NCBI GenBank assembly: GCA_030390025.1
Contig: CM059431.1
Span: 124,684,001 to 124,748,000, forward strand
Source: Squalus acanthias
Taxonomy: Eukaryota
DNA length: 64,000 bases
Direction: 5' to 3'
Both the position numbers and the translations under genes were made by a program. Shown here one piece after another: positions 38,588 to 47,697 of this stretch. The notes below the pieces were generated by a model. That model made no database searches, was not told where the DNA came from, and saw only the letters and a program-made list of their open reading frames with translations. How positions within the stretch are numbered: position 1 is the first letter of the stretch; the number at the start of each line of letters is the position of its first letter.

Positions 38588-40177
38588 TGTAAGGGATACT
38601 CTCCTGACCCTGCGTGTCTCGTAACCTGTGAGGTTCACGCGGCTCTGTGCAGCCTGTATGTCAGTGCGGGTCTAGGCCTGGTCTCCAGCCAGTCTGGGAA
38701 CACTAGACACCCCTGTGAGTGGTTCGAATCACTCTCCCTTACGGTTCTAGACACTGGACTTAGATGCGAGAGCAGTAATGGAGATAAAACTCATGTAGAC
38801 TTGGTTTGAACGGTACGAAATGGAAAATCTTTATTGCATGATACTTAAAATTATGAAATACATGTCATATGCACAGATTAATGACAGTACAATCTTACAA
38901 ACAGTTATAATCACTCTTAGGGAAACGAGGAACGACCAGCACAACGTAAATAGGGCACACATTACAAATATCCTTACTTTAAACCCTCCCCTATCAATAA
39001 CTATCCTAAAACTAGCTTCGTAGGATCCCGAGACTCATGCTCACCACTCGTAATAACTCGGAGAAATCCCGAATAGCTGATCGGATGTTTTTCACCGCAG
39101 CACCCACGTGTTGGTCAGGAGATCTCCTGGTCCCACTTGTTTACTGCTTCTGCTGCTCGGTCAGTCGGCTGGACCGTCCGCTGTAGTGAAGACCTCTGTT
39201 GGTGGACTTTACAGTTCAGTCGAGGAGCACCGTTGTCAATATCATTGATACGATGTGTTTGCACAGTCCAGTTATCGTCGATGCAATATGTCTTGTTAAA
39301 GAAGAAAACTTCGTTGTCAAGAAGACTTGGCTGATCGACCTACAGGCGCGGTCGGGATTTACTGACCGTGGCGATGGATAAGGTCTTCTTCTCTTCTCCT
39401 CTCATCTCATCTCATCTCATCTCATCTCATCTCATCTCGGGCCTTTGGTTCCGCTGCCAGCTACCAACATAGGTCTTTGCAACAGTCTTTTACCCAGGAG
39501 CAGCCACGATGATAACAGCAGCAAGCGGCAAGAGTCACGAACACGAGGCAAGAGAGCGAATGGACGGTTTGGGGCCTGCAATTATAGTGCACAGTTCTTC
39601 CGTTTCCCGCCCAACTACAATGTCCATTCTTTTGTTTAAGGTTTGGCGCCCAAAAATGTCCTGTATGGGTGATCTCTGTCCTTAATGGGTTTCGGGGCTA
39701 CTCCTGAATGTTTGAGTACCTGTTAATATTTCTCCCATTGTTAAATCGGTCGGTGTTCCCCCTGGAGGGGTTTGGGGCTTCCAAGTGTCCTGTATAACTA
39801 CCTGCTAACGGCTCTCTCATCGTAGAGCCGTTGGGAGTTTACATATTAATGTCCTTTGGATGGGCCCTTGATGGCTTTCCTTTGTACCTGGGAGACCGAT
39901 CCCAGTATCGATGTTTATACTGCAAACCCATAATGTCCTGTGTATTGTCTTCACTGTGCTGAATCGTTATCGATCCTGCAAAAATGTTTATTGGAACGCC
40001 ATCTTGTCTGCCTGCCGAAAAGTCTCGAATGTTCTGTCACGCGGTGCGGCGGCCATTTTACAGGCTGCTTGTGTCCAATTTAAACCTGACAGCATTCCGC
40101 TGAAATAAAAGCTGTTTTGAACGAAACTTGTGTTTTCTCCTTATTAAAATGAAATCGCGATAATTGCGAATTCTACA
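38588..40177 (-). repeat. 3' LTR of copy B (1590 bp)
   Basis: Near-identical to 49514-51109; AATAAA on minus strand at 38830-38835; (CTCAT)7. Confidence 0.97.
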
Positions 40178-40189
40178 GTCCCTCCTGTT
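40178..40189 (-). promoter_or_regulatory. Polypurine tract of copy B
   Basis: Minus strand AACAGGAGGGAC directly precedes the TGTAGAA start of the 3' LTR. Confidence 0.75.
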
Positions 40190-40599
40190 GATGCGAATAA
40201 CTCCGCTTATCGTATCAAAAACTCAGTGGTGAGCAATCTTATCTCGATTTCACTCCGAATCCAGTAAATTAATCCCATAAAATTTTAACTTCACTAGGTC
40301 TCTGTGTCGTCCTTATTTCCCAAGAAAATCACATTTTATATCACCATAGGCATCATTTGCCCTTAAACTTACACCACTTGTTTTCCTTCCCGGCGTAACC
40401 AGGCCGATACCTCACGCATCACCTGTATATTTATCTTTTATTCAGGGAAGGAAAAACAAAACCCAAAAAACCAAACAATCAACACCATCACCAAAATAAA
40501 CAAATCCCGACTCTTAAACATGTCGAGTTTCCAACGTATTTACACTGAGTACAAACTTCCGCGGCGCACGTGGCGAGCGGGAGTGACGCCGTTTTCCCA

Positions 40600-42951
40600 T
40601 TACACTGCGCTCTCATCGTGCACGCGCACGTAACGTTCTCGCCACTCTCCCGTGTTCTCATGCTTGGTGAGGCGCTTGTCTCTTTTACAATGTATAAACA
40701 AAAGGTATACTACAATAAACACTTGACAGACGACTAAAATGTGGGAGGCTATTCTGACCCATGAGGGCACTTCAATATTCGTGAACAGATTCCACCACGG
40801 TGGAACCACTATGTCCAAAATGTCTGTACCTATCTCGACGGTTTTCTGTTCTAATGTATAGAAATGCTTTTGTGACACCGCGACGGCTTTTAGAAGTTTG
40901 GTTAAATGCTCGGGGAGAGGGGGAATGAGGTACCCAAAATGTGCGACAAATCGCTGCAAGTCGGTAAAATTCTCTTTTACTGTGAGATGAACAGTGGATG
41001 GTTCAGGGATTGGGATAATTCGCTGTTGTGCTACTTGAACTTCAGCCCTGGGTTTAAAACAGAAACTGCTGTCACTCACCGGACACCGGCTACGGTTTCC
41101 ATGCTGGTAGTGTTGCGCTGCAGTGGTAACACAATATGTTCCACCCCCGATGTATGCTACCTGCGGAGGCACATGATCTTGTGCCATTGCCTCCATGGTG
41201 CAATTCATGGACTTGGCGCCAGCCGTTCTGAACCCGCACTGTGGTGTTAAAAAGGCATTCAAGTGCTGGGGGCACAGTATTATGTGTGCTCCCCTGCCAC
41301 GACAACCAGAGAGATCTGTACCTGTCATCGTTTGCTCCCAGCGGATGACGTAAGGTGGAACCGCTGCATAACGAATGTGGGCTCCCCCCTGAATGACACC
41401 GATGTTCTCTACCCGATACACCGGGGCGGGCTTTGCTGTGTTGCCCAAAACCGGCATGCGTAATACTATTCCCATAATAGTATGGTTTGAACGTCCGCAG
41501 TCCACGGGGACTGGGTAAGCTTCTGAAGCTAGCCTGAGCTGGCACGGACTTAATGCATTCTGAAAAGGGTGGAGCGCCCGCAGGTGTTTGTTACTTATCC
41601 AGGACGGAACCAAACCTTGTTTTAAATCCTCCAAATTACTGCGGCCCTCGCCCAGTAACCACGCCCCGTAAAGCACGCACACCTCGTTCTGCGCAGCTTG
41701 ATCGGATGCATTCCGATCTTCCCTGATCAGGGCATTTACCGTACGCGCATGTTTCTCCAGCTCTGCTATAATCTCTTTTAAGTGTAGTGTCATGGCTTGG
41801 TCCTCGTGCAGACCCGACCCTACCACTTTATTCTCATCTGTAAGAATATCCTTTAACTGTGTTTTTAAACCATTAATCTGGGTCTGCAGCTCCACACTGT
41901 CTAGAGCGTTGACCACAGATGTCCCTGTGTTAAAAGCAGTGAACGCATCGTTCACCAAACCCCTTCTTTGCCTCCCAACTTGATCCAAAACTTCCTGCGG
42001 TGCGGTGTATAAACTTGTCTTATCAATTTCTGCAAAATCAAATTCGTAAAACTGCCTGAACATCTTGGTCAACGGGACCTGGTACAACTGTTCCGTCTTT
42101 TTGGGGCACCACTCTGGTAACCGTACCTCAGTGAGATTTAAAATCACCGAGGCCACCGCGTAATGCACTCCCTGAAATAGTATCTGGTCTGTGGGGACCA
42201 GTACCAAACCGTTCCCGGGTCCCTTACTAGTTTTAGGGCACCCTTCTTCCTCAGTTAGAACTACCGGAATCGTGGGCGGGGCTTTGCGTGGGCGCGTAAT
42301 GAGCTCAGTGGCATTTACTGGGATCGGGGAGAATGGGGCTCCGCACCCCCTGGTGCTCGCATCCCACCTCATCCCCTGTCCGTTATCCTGCCACTGGTTA
42401 ATAAAGAATATGGAGATGCCTTTGGGGCAAACGTACTTTGACCCCCACATACAAACATAAATCCCCTCATCTGGTTCCCACCATTTGTCCCAACAGACTT
42501 TCACTTGTCCATCTGTCCCCGTAATTGTCCGATGGGTATTATTACCCAGTCGCTCCCACTCAACCGAAGAGTTCCTCATAGTTTTGCTCAGCTTTCGCAG
42601 CCACCACCATCGGCTCAATGGGACATTCCCACTGCAGGTCAAACAAATCCGTTTGCCGACGGTGACGCTGATCCTGGGTGCGATGATCCGTACTTTGGGG
42701 CACATTAAAGAAGTCTCTTTGTAGGCGAACCCCGATGTGCTGGAATACTCCGTTGAGTTCGTTCCCAGCCATCCTGGCCACCTTCCCTTGTGGAAATAGG
42801 TGCTGGTCCCTTCTGCCTTCCGTCTCCCGGTCCCATCCACCGCGATGGGGGCCGTGTCCCCGGAACATCCAAACACCACGACATCCTTGGTGAGGCCCCG
42901 ATAGGCCAATCCACATCCGATTGCCACGAGCAAAACTAGAAGTCGTTCCAT
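40600..42951 (-). CDS. env: Envelope glycoprotein, 783 aa: signal peptide, Ig-like domain, furin site RQRR, fusion peptide and heptad repeat, Cys-rich region, TM
   Basis: Uninterrupted ORF between pol and 3' LTR; MERLLVLLVAIGCGLA leader; RQRR|GLVNDAFTAFNTG; TM IASHILVVCQVFIVVYLLFI. Confidence 0.92.
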   Translation of the reverse strand: MERLLVLLVAIGCGLAYRGLTKDVVVFGCSGDTAPIAVDGTGRRKAEGTSTYFHKGRWPGWLGTNSTEYSSTSGFAYKETSLMCPKVRIIAPRISVTVGKRICLTCSGNVPLSRWWWLRKLSKTMRNSSVEWERLGNNTHRTITGTDGQVKVCWDKWWEPDEGIYVCMWGSKYVCPKGISIFFINQWQDNGQGMRWDASTRGCGAPFSPIPVNATELITRPRKAPPTIPVVLTEEEGCPKTSKGPGNGLVLVPTDQILFQGVHYAVASVILNLTEVRLPEWCPKKTEQLYQVPLTKMFRQFYEFDFAEIDKTSLYTAPQEVLDQVGRQRRGLVNDAFTAFNTGTSVVNALDSVELQTQINGLKTQLKDILTDENKVVGSGLHEDQAMTLHLKEIIAELEKHARTVNALIREDRNASDQAAQNEVCVLYGAWLLGEGRSNLEDLKQGLVPSWISNKHLRALHPFQNALSPCQLRLASEAYPVPVDCGRSNHTIMGIVLRMPVLGNTAKPAPVYRVENIGVIQGGAHIRYAAVPPYVIRWEQTMTGTDLSGCRGRGAHIILCPQHLNAFLTPQCGFRTAGAKSMNCTMEAMAQDHVPPQVAYIGGGTYCVTTAAQHYQHGNRSRCPVSDSSFCFKPRAEVQVAQQRIIPIPEPSTVHLTVKENFTDLQRFVAHFGYLIPPLPEHLTKLLKAVAVSQKHFYTLEQKTVEIGTDILDIVVPPWWNLFTNIEVPSWVRIASHILVVCQVFIVVYLLFIHCKRDKRLTKHENTGEWRERYVRVHDESAV

Positions 42952-43234
42952 CCTTCCTTGGTTCCTGTGATCAGATAGAATGAGGTAGCCAGCCTCGCAA
43001 AAAGTCTCTGGCTTTTGTGAAGGGTGAGCGGGTCCCCTGACCTCGCCTCACGTAAACTTCAACGTTTGCTAAACAGACTTCCTCTAAACCTAGCCTTACA
43101 ACTCCCATCATTTTATCGTTATCTGTTAAAAACACTACAAACTTAACCTTATTAAAACTACTTAAAACTTTAAACTAAACTTAAAACCTTAAACTAATAA
43201 CTTTACAATGCCGCCCGTTCTCAGGGCGGCCCCT

Positions 43235-46200
43235 TTAAATCCTGAGAAGGCTGCTGCGAGCTCTTCCCGACGGTGGGAGGGCACTGACCCTTCCCTCTGA
43301 TCTGCCGCAGCCTGTTACTGCTTCGATGTGGCCTGTCTCTACCCGGGTTATCTTAACCTGAAACTTACGCCCTGGGGCAGCCTGTGGACCTGACCACGTC
43401 TTCCTGGGCTGGGGTGCTCTGCTTGACCTACGGGGAATTGCTATGGGCGGGGGCTCCGTGACGGACGGACCGGGTCCCGAGACCTTCAACGGAATGACCT
43501 GGGGTTCCATCACAGGCGCCAGCCCCGCCTCCGCTGACTCCGCCTCCCTAACCTCGGGGCTGGCAGTTCGGGGCCCCGCCCTGCTCGGCCCAGCAGGCGG
43601 CCCTTCACTCGCGAACTCTGCCTCCCCTGAGGACTGGACGTTCAAAGCGGGCGGCCACACCTCTGGGAACCACATAGCGGCTGGCCCGGCCTCCTCTAGC
43701 TCCTTCCTCCTGCTGTCGGGACCTGCAGCTTGTGTGTCCACCCCGTATGGATCTCTACCTAACGGCCCCAATCCTTCCAGACCGTTCCTCTGAAACCACC
43801 CGTCATCATCACTATGCTCATCTGCACTATCCTCGTCTGACCAGGGTACCCTGGGGTCCTCGTCATCTAACCCCCAACTCCAGAAAAACGCTGCATGATC
43901 GTCCGGGATGTCCCTTCCCCTGATGCAAGCTGCTACGCCTGCCTGTGTGCCTTGTGGTCCTACCTGGGGCTGTGTTTTCCCATTGGCGGGATTTACCCCT
44001 GTAGTTTTCCCTTGCGCACCCGGCTGGTACAGTTTACATTGGTTTATGTGGAACCACTTAGTGCGCCGAGGTACTTTTACGGCGTAAACCATGGGACTTG
44101 CCTTGTCTACAATGTTGTAGGGTCCCATATACAGTGGTTCCAGACTCCCTACTCTGGCGTAGTTTCTGACCATGACCTGGTCTCCTACTTCCCACTCCCG
44201 CGTTTTGCGGGGTTCCAGCAACAAGCGATTGCCCTGGTGCTGCCTTCCCATGTTCCCAGCCGCCTGCTCATAAACTTGCTTCAGGCGCTCCAAGAGAGTT
44301 TGGGCGAACTTGTCCCTGCTGATCTCTTGAAGCTGACCCTCAGTGAGCACCGGGGCTAGCACATGGGTGGGGGTTCGCATGAGCCTGCCGGTCATTACCT
44401 CGTGCGGGGAGTACCCCGTACTTTTTGACTGACTGGCCCGGACCCCCATGAGGACTAAAGGCAGAACTTCCGCCCATTTTTGGGGCGAGTTCCTAGTCTC
44501 TTTCCTCAATTTCTCCTTCAGGGTCCGGTTCATACGTTCAACAATCCCGGATGACTGGGGATTGTGTGCTACGTGCCACTTCCCTTCAATGCCCAAAAGC
44601 ATGAGGGTGTTCTGCATCACCTGGCCGGTGAAATGACTCCCTTGGTCTGACTCCACGAAACGGGGGAGTCCCCACCGCGAGAACACTTCCCGGACCAAGA
44701 TTTTTGCTGTACCCAGTGCCGTAGCTGTTCGACAAGGGAAGGCTTCCACCCACTTGGAAAACACATCCACCAGGACGAGGCAGTACTTATAACCTCCCTG
44801 GGTGGTGGGCAGGGGTCCTATATAGTCGATCTGTATCGACTGCCATGGTCCCTCTACCCTTCTTACGTGTCCCATGGGCACCTTCCTTTTCTGGGGGTCT
44901 GGGTTGTTTGCAGCGCACACAAGACAGTTTGCACAGAACTCGCGGACTTGTTCCCTGAGCCCTGGCCACCATCCCGCTTGCTCTACCCGTTGCCAGGTAA
45001 CCTCGGGCCCGGGGTGCCCTGCCCCTGGTCCCTCGTGAGCCAACTGGAGGAATTCCCTCCTGTGCTGCTGCGGCACAACCCACTGCTCCTCGCGGAACAG
45101 CATGCCTTCCTTAACTGAGAGGGTTGCCGTACTGTACGGACCTTCTACCTGCCTCCCCTCAGCAATCGTTTTTAGGACTGCTTTTAGGGCGGGATCCTGG
45201 GCTTGGACGGTCTTAAGGTCTAGGGGCAATGCTACCCTGGTGTTCCCGGTATTCCCGTCCCCACCTCGGACCGCTGCTATGGGTCCGGTTCTATAGGGGT
45301 TCCAGAAAGTACCGTCGCGGGCACCCTCCCTGGCTAGCGCATCCGCCTGCCGGTTGCCCTCCCCACGGGGCTCTGTGGAGGAGTGAGCTTTCACCTTATG
45401 GATGAAAATCTCCCCTTCCTCCCCTACTGCTGCTGCTAAGATCTTCTCCAGCAAGGGCTTTACCGTTAAAGGTCGCCCGTCCGCGGAGGTGTATCCACGG
45501 CGGGACCAAATGGCCAGGTATTCCGTACACGAATTGCAGGTGAACATACTGTCCGAGCAAATCGTGTATGGGGTTGGGAAAATGTCTGGGTGGGTTACCA
45601 CGTACACCACGGCAGACAGCTCAGCCTGCTGCGCGCTCATGGTGCTAGGGAGCTTGATCGCCAGGGCAAGGTCTGCCGCAGGGTCATAAACTCCACACCC
45701 TGTGAGTCGCTCGCCAGCAGATACTGTGCTAGACCCATCAACATAAATCTCGCGCCCAGTGGGATGTATCCCGGCCCGTAAACCTATGTTGACTTCCCAC
45801 ACCCCCTCCACCGAACACCGGTGGGCTGTACCGGGGTATACCAAATTGGCCGCAAGCCTGGGCTCGCAAAGACCTTTTACTCTGATGTCCAACTGGGAGA
45901 GAAGAAGGGTCCAACGCGCAATGCGTGCGCTGCTTACGGTCCCGTCTTTAATCCTCCCATCCAGAAGCATCTTAGTTGGTGTGTGATGTGTGAGGAGAGT
46001 GATGGGAGAGAGCCCTGTGAAGATCGCTGATCTTTTCACAGCCCAATGCGTGGCTAAAAGGTGCCTTTCGCAATTGGAAAAACTTCTCTCCACATCCGTT
46101 AATACCCTGGATGAATAGACAACCGGCCTCAGCTTGCCGTGACGCTCTTGGAGCAGCACGGCGCTTAAGCTGTCTCCGCTGGCAGCTACCTCCAGGAAAA

Positions 46201-47697
46201 ACTCCTTCCCCCCATCTATGGCCCCTAAGGCTGGCGCGGTCTGCAGATCCCTTTTAACTTCTCGAAGGCTGCTTGGCAGCCCTCGTCCCAAAGCCACTCC
46301 ACTCCCTTATGGAGGAGTCGGAGGAGCGGTGCCGCTGTGGCCGCATAATCCTCGATAAAATCCCTGCAGTAACCGGTCAGTCCCAAGAAGGACCTCACAC
46401 CCCTTACGTTGTTGGGAATCGGTAATTCTTGCACCGACTCCCTCCTTGCTTTGTCTATGGCTCTTTCCCCAGCGCGTAGGGTCAGTCCCAGGAATTTTAC
46501 TTCCTGCTGACCGATACGTGCTTTCTTTGGGTTTACTTTAAAACCCTTTCTCGCTAACAGCTCCAATAACTCGTCCAGCAGTGGTCCGTGCTCCTCCCTT
46601 GAGTCCGTAAATAGGAGCAAATCATCCACATACTGTACTATCTGATTGGGCTGACTAAACTCCTTTAAACTTCCTGCCATACACTGGTGAAAAATACTGG
46701 GGCTATTGTGGAAACCTTGTGGCAAACAGTTCCACGTGTACTGTTGCCCTTTAAACGTAAAGGCAAACTTGTACTGGTCCTCTCGCCGCAGCGGGATGGA
46801 CCAAAAACCGTTCGAGATATCCAGCACCGTGAACGTGGTCGCGGACGCTGGGATACTCCCTATTAGGTCAGCAACTGCTGCTACTGTGGGCGCGCAGGCG
46901 GGGATGTTACTGTTAAGGACTCTGTAGTCCACCGTGGCTCTCCACGAATTATCCGGCTTCCTAACCGGCCATAATGGGGAGTTCACGTGTGTGGCTATCG
47001 GCCTCAACACGCCCTGCTGCACCAAGGAAGACATTGCTGCCTCCATATCGGGTTCTGCTTCTTTGGGGAAGTTATACTGTTTTTGGGGTCGGGTCATGGG
47101 GTCCCCATCTACGCTGACCTCAAACCCGACCACCCTCCCACAATCGTGCTTGTGGGTTGCAAACGCGTGCATATTATCTGTCACGTACGTTTGCATGTCC
47201 GTTGGGACATCTGCGACCATAAGCCTGAGGTCGTAGCCTCCGGATGGCTGTACGGTACACAGGACCCCTGTTTCTTCCTCCCCTTGAATTACCATTACCT
47301 CGCCTTTTTCACCTTTAGCCCCCCAGAGACAGTGATTTCTGAGGTCCACGAGGATCCCGTGTCCCGCTAGCAGATCGGACCCGAGAATACCTCTTCCACC
47401 CCCCTTTTGCCATGCCATCAGTATACACTTCCACTTAATGCGAAGTGTCCCTAAACGAATGGATAGCGGGAGGGAAAACGTGCCAGCCTGTTCTTTCCCT
47501 GTGAACCCTGCTAGCGTGAATGGGACCTTGGTAGATAGCGGCGAGTCAAAAGGGTCATCTGTATGGATTATGGTGCAAGAAGCTCCCGTGTCCAACAGAT
47601 AACTGCCCTTTTGTTTCTCTACCTCCATCTCCACCACAGGTCGCCTCCACGCATCATAGCTGAGCGGACACAGGTAGACGGGCTGTGCTGGTTCTAG
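43235..47697 (-). CDS. pol: Pol (PR-RT-tether-RNase H-IN plus C-terminal extension), probably made by readthrough; single 1-bp frameshift at 46252-46255
   Basis: ORFs 46225-47637 and 43235-46297 join if one A is restored in GTTAAAAGGG (copy A has 5 A); catalytic motifs intact. Confidence 0.92.

Noticed and set aside
46225..46297. Programmed ribosomal frameshift within pol of copy B
   Set aside because: Copy A is continuous in frame at the same site, so this is a 1-bp deletion or an assembly error.
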